64,000 nucleotides of DNA from Octopus vulgaris (taxonomy: Eukaryota), in contig OX597825.1 of NCBI GenBank assembly GCA_951406725.2, positions 71,734,001 through 71,798,000 of the forward strand, given 5' to 3'. The notes under the pieces were generated by a model. It was not told the origin of the DNA, searched no databases, and worked only from the letters and a program-made list of their open reading frames with translations. The first letter of the stretch is position 1. The number at the start of each line of letters is the position of its first letter. The position numbers and the translations under genes were made by a program. Below are positions 37,843 to 51,688 of this stretch, piece by piece.

Positions 37843-38282
37843 GTCTATCTATCTAAATTTGCATACACATACACGTCTGTGTATTGTATGTGTGAAAAGA
37901 ATGAGATAAAAAATATATATCTGTAAACCAACCAATTAATACCTTCAAAACCGTGGCAAGCTTCATGATTATTCTGCGACTCTCCCAGTAAACGGCGTTG
38001 AAGCCTCCGGCTCCAATCTAACCCACACCATGAAACTGAACAATAACGCAAGCATAAAGTTAACATACAATAGGTTTAAGAACAATGACGACTGAAGCCA
38101 CGGATTAATTCAAAACAAGTGTAGCATTAATAATCGGCGAACGACCACGAAACGAAACGAAATAAACATAGTGAGCAAACAAATAAAAAGTGGGGAAAAT
38201 ATGTTTATTAAGAGACTGATTATGAATCTGATTAAATGTTTATAGACAAAGAGAAAATAATGGGTTTATCGTAGCAAAGGTT

Positions 38283-38318
<36 letters not shown>

Positions 38319-38405
38319 GAGAGAGAGGGGAGGAAGGGAGATAGATAGATAGAGTATGAGAGATTAGTAGAGGGAAAGACGTGCGGGGTAGAAATTAATG
38401 AGATT

Positions 38406-38471
<66 letters not shown>

Positions 38472-38528
38472 CATCCATCCATCCATCCATCCATCCATCC
38501 ATCCATCCATCCGTCCGTCCGTCCGTCC

Positions 38529-38565
<37 letters not shown>

Positions 38566-39373
38566 GTTAGCTATCTGTATACATTTACACACACACACAT
38601 ATATATATATTTACATATATATGTGTGTGTGTGTATGTATGTATCTACCGGTATCCCTCCCTCCCTCGCTACATCCATCCATTCATTCATCCATTCATCC
38701 ATATATGTATATGTCTCTCTGTGTGTATATATGTGTTTGTGTAGTGTATATGTGTATGCATGTATGTGTGTAGAGTATATATGTGTGTGCGTAGCGGATA
38801 TGTGTGTGGAGTATATATGTGTGTGTGTGTGTGTGTTAAATGTGTGGCGAGATAAGCGATCAGTATGGAGTGAGGCGATCAATACGTGGTGAGAGAAGAA
38901 AGGTTAAATTAACTTAAATCTCCAAAATATCTTCGTCGGTAAACATAAAAGGAAATCGGCGAAGCATTTTCCATTTATTGATTAAGGAATAGATTATGAG
39001 TTAGATTATGAGTGTGTGCATGTGTATGCGTTGATGCATGTGTGTATTTGTACGTATATCTCTATTGTATACATCAGCTTATTTATAATCATGAACGATG
39101 TTATCAACCGGTTATTGATATCAAAGTTAATGGATCCCAAACTCTTTATTAAAAAATGAAAGGTTAAAAAACGGTGAGCAGTTGCTATTAGCACGGTGAG
39201 TAGATATGTCGGTGTGTTGGATATTTAGAATGTAAAAGGAATGTAGTTAAGATGCCATTGTGTCACCTACAGTGGTATCCGGATTGGTTTTCAACCAGGA
39301 CACACATGTGCATAGGTGTATTTTACAAATGTTGTGTTTGGAGTGTGTTGAGGGTTAACAGGTTTTATAATCC

Positions 39374-39840
39374 TATTTCTTTACTACCCACAAGGGGCTA
39401 AACACAGAGAGGACAAACAAACGGGAAGGGAGTAAGCTGATTACAACAACCCTAGTGCTCAACCGGTACTTATTCTATTGACCCCGAAAAGGTTAAAGAC
39501 AAAGTCAACCTTGGCAGAATTTGGCCTCAGAAAGTATAGACAGACGAAATACCTATTTCTTTACTACCCACAAGGGGCTAAACACAGAGGAGACAAACAA
39601 GGACAGACAAACAGATTAAGTCGATTGCATCGATCCCAGTGCGTAACTGGTACTTAATTTATCGACCCCGAAAGGATGAAAGGCAAAGTCGACCTCGGCG
39701 GAATTTGAACTCAGAACGTAACGGCAGATGAAATACGGCTACGCATTTTGCCCGGCGTGCTAACATTTCTGCCAGCTCGCCGCCTTTTATAATCCGATGA
39801 AAGGCAAAGTCGACCTCGGCGGAATTTGAACTCAGAAGTA
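39374..39840 (-). mobile_element. SINE family A dimer plus fragment
   Basis: Two bodies with one head ending at 39786. Confidence 0.85.
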
Positions 39841-40841
39841 GGGCTAGTATTATACTCTTTATTTTTAAAGCATGCACTTCTCGTGTGTTATCATGTCCTA
39901 TACTTATGTGTAAGTGTTCATTGTAGGATTCATGTACTGAATGGATAATTTTATGTATGTTACAAGATCTCTATAGTAGTTTAGCTTGTGTAACTTTACT
40001 GGGGTACAATTTCATTTTTAAGGTATTGGGGTTGTAAAATTGCTTGCTGTATTGTTTACAGTAAAGTAAATGAAAGTAGTTGACTATAAAGCTTTTAGTT
40101 TTATAAAGGTGATTTTTAGACTGTTATATTTGAGGCTTCTTTAGATAGTTTCTATTTCATTTACTCGTATATGGTGGGCATTTACTACTTTAACTCTTGC
40201 AGCGTATTTTGTGTGCAAAGTGCTTATCTTTTTGCGAAACTTCGAACTTGAGAAGTACAACATTTTGGGTACATATGTTTTCTTGTCATGTTTTCTCTTA
40301 CACTATAGCTAACTTTTGTCGAACAAATTGCGATGTACAAGTTTATAGGAAAATATTTTTGGTTAACGTTGAGAAATTTCCAGTTTTATAAAAGAACAAA
40401 ATACAAAATACAGTTAGAAAAAGGAAACAATTTTGGTTCAAGCAACTTCTTAACATAAATATATTCATGTTAAAAAATGGGCTCACCCAACATTATTCTC
40501 GTTCTGTATTTTATGTATCATGCATACTCCAGGTTCCATTTAAGCTTCTCAATGCATCATTATAATAATTTGCAATATGACTAAATATATGCCGGAATAT
40601 GTATGGCATACATATTTTATAATATCGACGAAATTAAAAAAAATCTAACACAGATAGATTATTAGGATTTTTTGAATATTTGCTAGGTAATAATCTCGCT
40701 AATGGCAATTTTTCCTTTTAGGCTTCCGGGGTTGATAACATAAAGGACCAGAGAAGTACTGGTGGCAATTTAATGACTAAGCGCCCACCAAAATTTTGTG
40801 GTCGCATTCCACGATTAGGAAACAATATGTACTGTACGTAA

Positions 40842-41040
40842 GGCGGCGATCTGATAGAATCATTAACACGCCGGGGAAAAGGCGTCCGTCTTTACGTTCT
40901 GAGTTCAAATTCCGCCGAGTCCGACTTTACCTTTCATCCTTTCGGGGTCGATAAAATAAGTGCCAGTTGAGCACTGGGGTCGATGTAATCGACTAGCCCC
41001 CGCCTCCGAAATTGCCGGCCTTGTGCCAAAATTTGAAATC
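40842..41040 (+). mobile_element. SINE family A, alternative tail
   Basis: Head, core and GGCCTTGTGCCAAAATTTGAAA tail. Confidence 0.8.
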
Positions 41041-42643
41041 AATATTTATCATACCTTTTTTTTTGCATTCAATAAGGATATTAATTACCATTAATTACAA
41101 GCGTGACATTTAAAGCGTTAAAAACCATAAGGTTATTTTAAGCATGACATTTTTGAATATTTGAATTAAATCTTTTCAATATGTTCAAGTAATAACCGTT
41201 CATGCCGCGGAAATTTAATAACTCGTCATTTCTCTAAGTAGCAATGACAAAGGAGTTGAATTCATTTCTGAATCTCATTAAGATAAACAAGACCTCCTAC
41301 CAACGCAGACACTTCGACTCCATCGAAGCTGCCCATGCTGTTATCGAATATCGAAGCAATGATATATCGAATATCTTATTGCTTTCTTTTTTATCCAGAA
41401 GGAGTCATCAAAGAAAAAAAAAATGAGACTTCTTAGCATCAGTGAGATGTCGGATTTCTCGCTGAATTTTAAGACATTTTAGATGAGGTGTTTTGTAATT
41501 GACGGATGAAATTCCATCCCGTTGTACTCGGTGAATCTAAAATCTTCTTACATTTTATGGTATAAAACTAGTAGTTATTACCGTTATTATTGTGGCTGGT
41601 GTTATTGCTGCTGTTAGTGTTGTTGTTGCTGTTTTTATTACTGTTGTTGCTCCGTTCCAAACCAATCTGCTCGAGAAGACTTATGATGACAGACATTCCA
41701 GGTTTTGACCATGCCTTCTGTTGTTAATGCGCGTATTGCGTCTACAACAACTACACCACCTAATGTAGAGTACAGGTGTTATTGTCGTGGCTGTTTAACC
41801 CCAGGTTGGCCCCGACTGACCAAGCCTAAGATCAAAGACGCTCCAACTACATCCGATACATCAACTCATCAAGAGTATTCCGAGCATGATCTATAACAGG
41901 CAATCCAAGCATGAACAACCCTAAACATAAATGGATCTTCTATTTTCTTTTCTATTTATTGGCGATCTTTCTATATATCTAAAGCGAAAGAGTGTGATTT
42001 GAAAGCGATATTAATGCCATTTACAACAGTTTTGTCGACACCGTAGAGATTGCTCCCCTGCTCCTCATTACTGAGTTATTGTTACACTCCTGTGATATCT
42101 TTGTGGTTTGTTTAATTTGCTTAATGGTGTTAAGAATGTGTTTAATCACTACACACAGTTCATTCATTTAATAATCTATATTTCAGATCTCAATCTTTTC
42201 TTTGTGACCTTCCAGGCTTATATAAGACTTACGCATGGCTAATCGTTCTACTTTGCCGTCTATATTTAATTCAGTCGCTATTATTCGTGCACTGGTCGTT
42301 GATATAGCTGTGCGTTGTGTGAGACATGTGCTATTGTATGTGATACTTCTGTTGCTTGACAAGATTTTAAGCTCTGTTTAGTATCAGTTTTTTGCTTGTT
42401 AGTTTAGTCAGTAAATATTTGGAATTTTAAGCGAATTATATTTCTATGTTTGAGGAATTTTCAGAAAATTGGTTGGATTATTTAAAATCTTACATTTTTT
42501 GTAATACTCAATTATGTTGTATGCGTGCACGTGTATGTGAGCGCAAATACATACAAACGTACATACAACATTCATACAATTTATATATAATTAACATAAC
42601 GTTTGCTTGTTTTAGTCACTGGACTATGGCTACTCTGGATACG

Positions 42644-42948
42644 TGGAGGCACATGGCCAAGTGGTTAGAGCAGCGGACACGCGATCAAGGAATTGCGGGT
42701 TCGAATCTCAAACCGGTCGATGTGTGTGTTTATGAGCGAAACACCTAAGCTCCACGCGGCTCCGGCAGAAGATTATGACTAACTTCTGCTGACTCTTTCG
42801 CCACAACTTTCTCCCATTCTTTCCTCCTGCATCTAGCAGCTCACCTGCGACGGACCGGCGTCCCGTCCAGGTGGGGAACCTATACGCCAATGAAACCGGG
42901 AAACCGGCCCTTATGAGCCAAGCATGGCTTGAGAAGGAACAAACAAAA
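42644..42948 (+). mobile_element. SINE family B head with V-like tail (type 3), nested in a family D copy
   Basis: Flanking repeat ACTCTGGATAC; tail CTGCGACGGACCGGCGTCCCGTCCAGG..GAAACCGGG. Confidence 0.85.
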
Positions 42949-43414
42949 CTCTGGATACCCCCTTGAACAGCTTAACCGAGCAAATCGAGCCCAATATTTA
43001 TTCATTCTATCGGCCTCTTTTGCCGAAATGTCATATCAAGGGAATGTAAATGAACCAACACCGGTTGTGAAGCGATTGATGTTTCTTAGCTAGCTGATCC
43101 TCTGATGTAATAGTTACTTAATGGGAGATGCTAAACTTAGCAAGTCATAAGGCCGAGATTACCTTAATTAAATGGAGGTTACATTGTCGCTTGGAATTTC
43201 CGAGCTAACTCACTGCAGATGTGAATTGAAATGAATGGTGAAGGAGCCAGAAGTACAGAGTAAAAAAACCCAAGGATTCAAAGAAATAAAAAGGTCAACA
43301 TTCTCACATATTTGTTCTCATCCTTCCCTTTCATACTCCCTAATTTTTTTTATTTCTTCGACTCTACCAATTTACCGGCTCATTCGTGGTTAAATGATAA
43401 ATAGAATATTTTAA

Positions 43415-44000
43415 AGCGGCGAGCTGGCAGAAACATTAGCACACCGGGCGAAATGCTTAGCGGTATTTCGTCTGCCGTTACGTTCTGAGTTCAAATTCCG
43501 CCGAGGTCGACTTTGCCTTTCGTCCTTTCGGGGTCGATAAATTAAGTACCAGTTACGCACTGGGGTTGATATAATCGACTTAATACCTATGTCTGTCCTT
43601 GTTTGTCCTCTCTGTGTTTAGCCCCTTGTGGGTAGTAAAGAAATACGTATTTCGTCTGCCGCTACGTTCTAAGTTCAAATTCCGCCGAGGTCGACTCTGC
43701 CTTTCATCCTTTTGAGGTCGATTAAATAAGTACCAGTTACGCACTGGGGTTGATATAATCGACTTAATCCGTTTGTCTGTCCTTGTTTGTCTTCTCTGTG
43801 TTTAGCCCCTTGTGGGTAGTAAAGAAATAGAAATAGGTATTTCGTCTGCCGTTACGTTCTGAGTTCAAATTCTGCCACGGTCGACTTTTCCTTTCATCCT
43901 TTCGGGGTCGATTAAATAAGTACCAGTTGCGTACTGCTGTCGATCTAATCGACTGGTCTCCTTCCCCAAAATTTCGAGACTTGTGCCCAGAATAGAAAAG
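43415..44000 (+). mobile_element. SINE family A trimer
   Basis: One head, three GTATTTCGTCTGCCG-initiated units; last unit has the alternative tail. Confidence 0.9.
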
Positions 44001-44478
44001 AATAAATAAAATATTTTATGTACAAGCAACGTGCATTGTTTAATGCGGCAAACTGACTCAGTATATGAATGGTACTAAAAACTGAATTACTTAAAATAAT
44101 AAGAGAAATTCTTACTCTGGTGATCAAATATTTCTGATTCTCAAACTATTCAAATTATAAATATAACAATTGTATTAAGATATATCATTTGAGAACAATT
44201 TGACTAATTTAATTCAATAAATAGTTTATATTATATATTCTATGTTTTGATTTAATTAAAATAGAATATATTGATGACAATGTTTTAGTGTAATTGTGCT
44301 AGATTTGTGCCAAAAAAATCGAAGCAAAAACTAACAAAAATGAAGACAAAACAAAAGTTTCTGGATTCAAATGAAAGTTATTAAGAATATGGAGTACAAG
44401 AACGGCAGGAAAGAAATACTTTGGTTTAAAGAGATAAACAAAGCATCTCTGGATATAAAGATGACAAATATCACTATC

Positions 44479-44780
44479 AGGAAGCACATGGCCTATGGGT
44501 TAGAGCAGCGGACTCGCGGTCGAAGGATCGCGGGTTCGAATCTCAGACCGGGCGATGTGTGTGTTTATGAGCGAAACACCTAAGCTCCAAGTGGATCCGG
44601 CAGAAGGTAATGGCGAACTTCTGCTGACTCTTTCGCCACAACTTTCTCTCGCTCTTTCCTCCTGCATCTTGCAGCTCATCCGCGACGGACCGGCGTCCCG
44701 TCCAGGTGGGGAACCTATACGCCAAGGAAACCGGGAAAGCGGCCCTTTTGAGCCAGGCATGGCTCGAGAAGGAACCAAAA
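44479..44780 (+). mobile_element. SINE family B head with V-like tail (type 3)
   Basis: Flanked by AAATATCACTATCAGGAA on both sides. Confidence 0.9.
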
Positions 44781-45144
44781 AAATATCACTATCAGGAAAT
44801 GAGTGTGTGTGTGTGTGCGTGCGTATGTGTGTGTATCTGTGTGCGTTAGTATGCGTATGTGTGTGTATGTTTGTGTGTGTTTGAATGAGTGTGTGTATGT
44901 GTGTGTGTATGTGTGTGTGAAAGAGAGAGAGAGAGAGAGAGAGATAAATAAATAAAGGGATTTTCCCCTGATAATGTTCTGAGGTGAAAGCGGCCGTTGT
45001 GCCAGTTTTTAAATATTTGTAAAGGGTGGAGCAGAGAGGTCGGACGCTTTTGAAATGGCTGTTACTCAGCTCCAGAGGAAGGGATGTATGTCCGACAGGT
45101 ACCATTCGGTCCGTGGTGTCTAAGTATTTTTTATCTTTTCAGGT

Positions 45145-46075
45145 GGAGTCGTGGCGCTGTGGACGATAGAGCATCGCGTGTTTGCCTACGACAGTGACGT
45201 GAAGATTAACGAGTCTGTAACAGCAATTGGGCGTGAGTTTCGGCGTCCCTTCAACATTCACCGAAATCAGGCTGTTCCCACCCACCCGTAACACAATCTT
45301 ACGTTGGGTGAATGCATTTCGTACACGAGGTACACTAATGAATAGGAGACCAGTGGGGGTGCCACGAACGGTTCGGACCCCGGGAAATGTGAAGCGCGTC
45401 AGAAAGCTTTGATACAGAGCCCGAATCGTTCTGTTCGGAGGCATTTCACTGAACTTGACATCGGTAATCGATCGTTAAAGTGTATTTTGCATGAAGACCT
45501 GTACAAATTGGTCATTGGGCAGCAGTTGAAACCATGGAGCTATGCACAGCGGCTTAACGTCGCACGTCGGATGGAAGCAATTTTTGAGGCAAATGACAAC
45601 CTCATTTTGTTAATGAGTGATGAAGCTCATTTTCATCTCAATGGCATGGTGAATCAACAGAACTGTTGTTATTAGGCTCTGGAAAAATCCGAGAGAACTA
45701 CACGAATGACCATTGCACATCCCACAAGTGACGGTCTGGTGTGCTGTTGGAAAAGCTGCCGTCATTGGTCCTTAAGTTCTTTAAGACAATAATGGAAATG
45801 CTGTTACTGTGAGCTCCGAGCGTTACAACGAGACGATAAACAATTTCTTTGAGTTTGAATTTTGACGGAAACGTATACTGACCTATTCGACGTGTGTGGT
45901 TTTAGTAGGATGGGGCGACGGCCCACACAACCAGAGCATCAGTGAACGTTCTTCACCTTCTCTTCGGTGACTGCCTTATTTCAAGGTTTGCTGACATTCC
46001 TTGGCCGTTCGGTACCTTGATTTGTCCATGTGTGATTCTTTCTTGTGGCGAAACCTCAAGGCACGTGTGGGTAGA
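45145..46075 (+). mobile_element. Tc1/mariner transposase pseudogene (DD41D/rosa-like)
   Basis: PTRNTILRWVNAFRTRG, PRTVRTPGNVKRVR, LMSDEAHFHLNGMVNQQN, VTVWCAV, DGATAHT, ISRFADIPWP, DLSMCDSFLWRNLKARV; many stops and frameshifts. Confidence 0.85.
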
Positions 46076-46108
46076 GGGACAAACACACGCACACACACAC
46101 ACACATAC

Positions 46109-46142
<34 letters not shown>

Positions 46143-46154
46143 ACACACACACAC

Positions 46155-46213
<59 letters not shown>

Positions 46214-47381
46214 TATATATATATATATAATGTTTGTATTCTGTTTTTTTCTCCCATCATCACTTGACAACCGATGTTGGTGTGTTTATGTCCTCGGAGC
46301 GGTTCGGCAAAAAGAGAGCGATGGAATAAGTACTAGGCTTACAGAGAATAAGTCCCGGGGGTCGATCTGTTCGACGAAAGGCGGTGCTGCAGCATCGCCG
46401 CAGTCAAATGACTGAAACAAATAAAAGAATATATACACACACTTTTGTGTGTGTGTGCCTGTGTGTGTGTGTGCATGTGTGTGTGTTTGTGCGTGCGTGT
46501 TTGCTTTCTTTCTACACTCAACTCATCCTCTCGTCAGTCTTACATCTAACGTCGTTGTCACCCTCTTCCGCCTCTTTTAACTTCGATGTTTAGTTTCCAG
46601 CTTAACGTCTATGCGTCGCCATTTTAAACACAAACAAAATTAATTGCTTTCTCTTTTCTGTCTGGAGAAAAGTCATCATATTCGTAGCCATCCCTGACGA
46701 GTAAATACTTAACGTTTCCTTCATCAACTTTACAGACAATCTCAACACTTTAATTTGCTATTGTATTATTATTGTTGTAGTAGTAGTTGTTGTTGTTGTT
46801 TTAACCCTAGGTCAGTCAAAATCGATCAGGTATATGACTGAAATAATTTCAGCAGCGATCATCTCTTTCTTTTTTGTTTTTCCAGACGCCGTGTGTCCAA
46901 GACTACATTATCAATTCTATTTTTTTTTAAATGGCAGTGTGAGTTCAAGGGAGAGTTTGGCTGCTATTTCTAGCATAGAGATTCATTGCTTCCCAACGGG
47001 TTCAGGAAGATGTTTTATGTAGATGTGGATTTTGTCTTTATTTACGTTGGTCCGGCTACAAATTAGACATAAGGCCACCCACAATGAAGGAAATATCATA
47101 TTTGATTAAACGATTAAATCACTCTCTGTACTTGACTGGTATTGTTTTGCTCTCCCCGGAAGGATGAAAAGTAAATTCGACCTTGGCGGGATTTGAACTC
47201 AAAAGAAAGAAGTGGAAGTAAATGACAACAAAGCCCTTTGGCCTTAGATCTATATATTTTGCTAATTTATCTCTTTGTAATAAGAGCACTGATATTTTCT
47301 ATACTATACAATCGATCACACTTCCAAATCGATAGTGTACCTCGTGTACCCAATAACATTTACTTCGAACAATTTTTCTGC

Positions 47382-47420
47382 ATGTATGTATGTATGTATG
47401 TATGTATGTATGTATGTATG

Positions 47421-47451
<31 letters not shown>

Positions 47452-47470
47452 GAATGTATGTATGTGTGTG

Positions 47471-47501
<31 letters not shown>

Positions 47502-47546
47502 GAATGTATGTATGTATGTATGTATGTATGTATGTATGCATGTATG

Positions 47547-47577
<31 letters not shown>

Positions 47578-47716
47578 GAATGTATGTATGTATGTATGTA
47601 TGTATGTATGTATGTGTATATATGTATGTATGTATGTAAGAATGTATGTATGTATGTATGTATGTATGTATGTATGTATGTATGTATGTATGTATGTATG
47701 TATGTATGTATGTATG

Positions 47717-47747
<31 letters not shown>

Positions 47748-47784
47748 GAATGTATGTAAGAATGTATGTATGTATGTATGTATG

Positions 47785-47815
<31 letters not shown>

Positions 47816-47848
47816 GAATGTATGTATGTATGTATGTATGTATGTATG

Positions 47849-47879
<31 letters not shown>

Positions 47880-47924
47880 GAATGTATGTTTGTATGTATG
47901 TAAGAACGTATGTATGTATGTATG

Positions 47925-47955
<31 letters not shown>

Positions 47956-48264
47956 GAATGTATGTATGTATGTATGTATGTATGTATGTATGTATGTATG
48001 TATGTATGTATGTATATATGTATGTGTATATATGTATGTATGTATGTAAGAATGTATGTATGTATGTATGTATGTATGTATGTATGTATGTATGTATGTA
48101 TGTATGTATGTATGTATGTATGTATGTATGTATGTATGTATGTATATATGTATGTATGTATGTAAGAATGTATGTATGTATGTATGTATGTATGTATGTA
48201 TGTATGTGTATATATGTATGTATGTATGTAAGAATGTATGTATGTATGTATGTATGTATGTATG

Positions 48265-48295
<31 letters not shown>

Positions 48296-48380
48296 GAATG
48301 TATGTATGTATGTAAGAATGTATGTATGTATGTTTGTATGTATGTATGTAAGAATGTATGTATGTTTGTATGTAAGAATG

Positions 48381-48411
<31 letters not shown>

Positions 48412-48468
48412 GAATGTATGTATGTATGTATGTAAGAACGTATGTATGTATGTATGTATGTATGTATG

Positions 48469-48499
<31 letters not shown>

Positions 48500-48592
48500 G
48501 AATGTATGTATGTATGTAAGAATGTATGTAAGAATGTATGTATGTATGTATGTAAGAATGTATGTATGTATGTAAGAATGTATGTAAGAATG

Positions 48593-48623
<31 letters not shown>

Positions 48624-48668
48624 GAATGTTTGTATGTAACAATGTATGTATGTATGTATGTATGTATG

Positions 48669-48723
<55 letters not shown>

Positions 48724-48778
48724 GTATGTATGTATATATGCATGTATGTATGCATGTATCTATGCATGTTTGTATGCA
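47382..48778. repeat. 1.4-kb (TATG)n array with recurrent TAAGAATG variant
   Basis: Directly visible. Confidence 0.95.
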
Positions 48779-48980
48779 CGAGGGGTTGTTGAAAAGTTTT
48801 TTAAGGGTTTCGCGAAAGGCCCAAACATCCGAGTTCTTTTACAGGGCTTAGAAAAACTGAATGACCGCTGCAATAAGTGTGTGGATCTGAGAGGGGGAAT
48901 ATGTTGAATAAACTCATAATTAACTGCTTCTCCTGCATTTCCGTTTACCCCAAACCAGGAACATTTCACCACCCCTTCGT
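48779..48980 (+). mobile_element. mariner-derived MITE, same family as 2878-3097
   Basis: GLEKLNDRCNKCVDLRG remnant; diverged TIRs. Confidence 0.8.
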
Positions 48981-49723
48981 CTATATGTAAGTACTTGCAT
49001 GTTCCGTTTTGTGTGTGTGTTTGTGTCTTTAAATATATGTTAGTGTCTGCCTTTGTAATTGCGCGTGTGTTTGCAAACACTTCGACAGCAGCCATGTTTG
49101 TTTTGACAGCGGCCATGTTTGCTTTAATAGCGGCCATATTTGTCTAGCATTATGGCAGTCAGGTTCGTCTCTTCCTTTCCTATAAACAAATAAATTAATA
49201 AATATAAAGAACTATTTAAACGACACGGAATAAAGGGGTAAATTTGAGATTAAATAAGGTCAAATCACTTGAGGGAGAGAAAAAGAAAAAGGATAAAGGA
49301 AATTAGTAAAGATGATTTAAGTGATCAATGTCAGTTACTAAATACCACTACTCGAACTACTACCATCTCTACAACTAGCACCAAAGCCACCAGCACAACC
49401 AGCACCGCCACTACAACCGCTAGCAGCAGCACCACTAACACCATCAGAATCACTATAGACACTACCAGTAGCACCAGCACCAGCACTAGCACCACTACCA
49501 CCACCACCACCACCACCACCACCACTACCACCACCACCACCACCACCAGCACTAGCACCACTACCACCACCACCACCACCACCACCACCAATGTGTTTAG
49601 TTTTAAAGAGAAAAAAGAGAAAAGCGTGTGAAGATAAAGAGAGAGAGAGAGAGAGAAAGAGAGAGGGGAGTAATAAAGAAAAGAGATTCAGAGAGAGAGG
49701 AAGGGAGTGATAAAAAGGAAGTT

Positions 49724-49761
<38 letters not shown>

Positions 49762-49867
49762 GAGAGGGAAAGAAAGTAAGAGTATGGGAAAGTGCAAGAT
49801 TCATATACTTAGTTGACATTTAGAGAACGCAGTGTATGTATCTGTGCGTGTGTATAGATACTTATGT

Positions 49868-49942
<75 letters not shown>

Positions 49943-50839
49943 AATGTATATATATATGTATATGTATGTGTCTATGTATATGAATATGTATGTATTTATG
50001 TATGTATGTCCGTATTGAATTGGTGATATTAGAAAGGCGGAGTTAAATATGGACACGCCTCTCTACTTCCAGCAAGTCTGTTACTCTCTCTGTTTCTCTC
50101 TTCCTCCCTTCCCCCTTAGTCTTTATAGCATTGTCAGCATCTATTGGACGATTTGCAGCGTATAAATAGGAGACAGACAGAGAATATAGACAGAGAAGGT
50201 GGTGAGGTGAGAGAGTGGGGAAGGAAGAGGAAAGAGAGAGAGAGGGGGGGAGAGAGGAAGGGAGAGAGAGAGAGACAGAGTAGAAAGGAAGGGAGACGGG
50301 GAAAACTGGGCAGAAAAAGAGAGCGCGAGTAGAAAGAAAGAGGGAGATGGGAGAGAGGGAGACGTGACGAGTGGAGGGTGGGAGAGTGAGCAGAAGAGAA
50401 AGGGGAGAAATAGAGGGAAAGAGAGGGTGGAAAGAGAGGAGAGAGAAAGGGAGAGAGTTAGAGAGAGAGAGAGAGAAAAGAGAGAGAAATGGGGAGAACG
50501 AAACAAAATAAAAATGGAAGCGGAAACCAGGGAAAAGGAGGAAAAGTAAAGCAAAACAAAACAGAAATGGAGGGAGATAGGGGGAGGTGCAGAAGAAGAG
50601 AGAAAGAGAGAGAGGGGAAGGAAGAGAGAAAAATATGAAAGAGTGGGAGAGAAAGAGAGAATGCGTAAAGAGGTTGTAAGAGAGGGAGAATTTAGAAGCG
50701 ATTAGATTTAACTTTAACAAGAGGAGGAGGAAAAGGAGGAGAAGGAGGGGGAGGGGGAGGGGGGATAACTTGTAAAAGACGTATTACGTTGACAAAACTC
50801 GTGCAGAATTGAAAACACAGACACACAACCAATTGTCTC

Positions 50840-51545
50840 GGCTCACTGAGTTCGAATCCCGCCGTAGTCAGCCTCGCATTTTATCTGTTCAGGTTTGGTA
50901 AAATAAAGAAACCAGTCTGAAGGCGAGGGACTGGTGGGAATGATAGAACCTTGGACGAGATTGCCTTGTGGTATCTGTTCTGGTTCTCAGCTCTGTGAGT
51001 TCGAATCCCGTAGTGGTCAACGTTATATTACATCCTTTCGGAGTCGATAAAATAGAAAACAAGTCCTGGGTGGAAGAGTAATAGAAAAGAGAGAACGTCT
51101 ATCGAGATTACCATGTGGCATGTGTTCCAACTGCTGGCGCCCGGAGTTCGAATTCGGCTGTAGTCACTTTGCATTTTATCTTTTTGGGGTTGATAAATAA
51201 AGAAAAAAAATAAAGAAACTAGTAAAGGGAAGAGGTTGGTTAGAAGTAGTAAAATGTCAGATAGGATGTTTTGTGGTTATATGTTCCTGTTCTTGGATGT
51301 CTGAGTTCAAATCTGGCAGTAATCGACTTAGAATTTTATATTTTCGAGGTTGACGAAAAAGAAAAACAATAGAAAAACAAAAGAAACTGTCTTGGGCGAG
51401 AGACAGAAATAATAGAACGTCGGGCCTTGTAGCGTGTGTTCTGGCTTTCGGTTTTCTGAGTTCAAATTCCACCAAATTCCAACTTATTTTATTCTTTTAC
51501 AGTCGAATCCAATATACAAGCCAGTCCCGGGCGGAAGATTGGTAA
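50840..51545 (+). repeat. degenerate tandem array of five SINE family A-like units (~150-bp period)
   Basis: GAGTTC(G/A)AAT at ~50848, 50997, 51145, 51303 and 51458. Confidence 0.7.
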
Positions 51546-51688
51546 ACATGATGAGAGAAAAAGAGAGTGAGTAAGCTTGGCACAGTCACCTGTCACAAAC
51601 TCAAAATGTCCAACCTTTGCTATTTGGTTGTTCCGAAAATAATGGCTGCTCAAAGTGTTGTATTTTGAAACGCAATTTTATCATATTA

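Noticed and set aside
50141-50170. ATTGG plus TATAAATA promoter-like pair
   Set aside because: Spacing short, no downstream gene, expected by chance in AT-rich DNA
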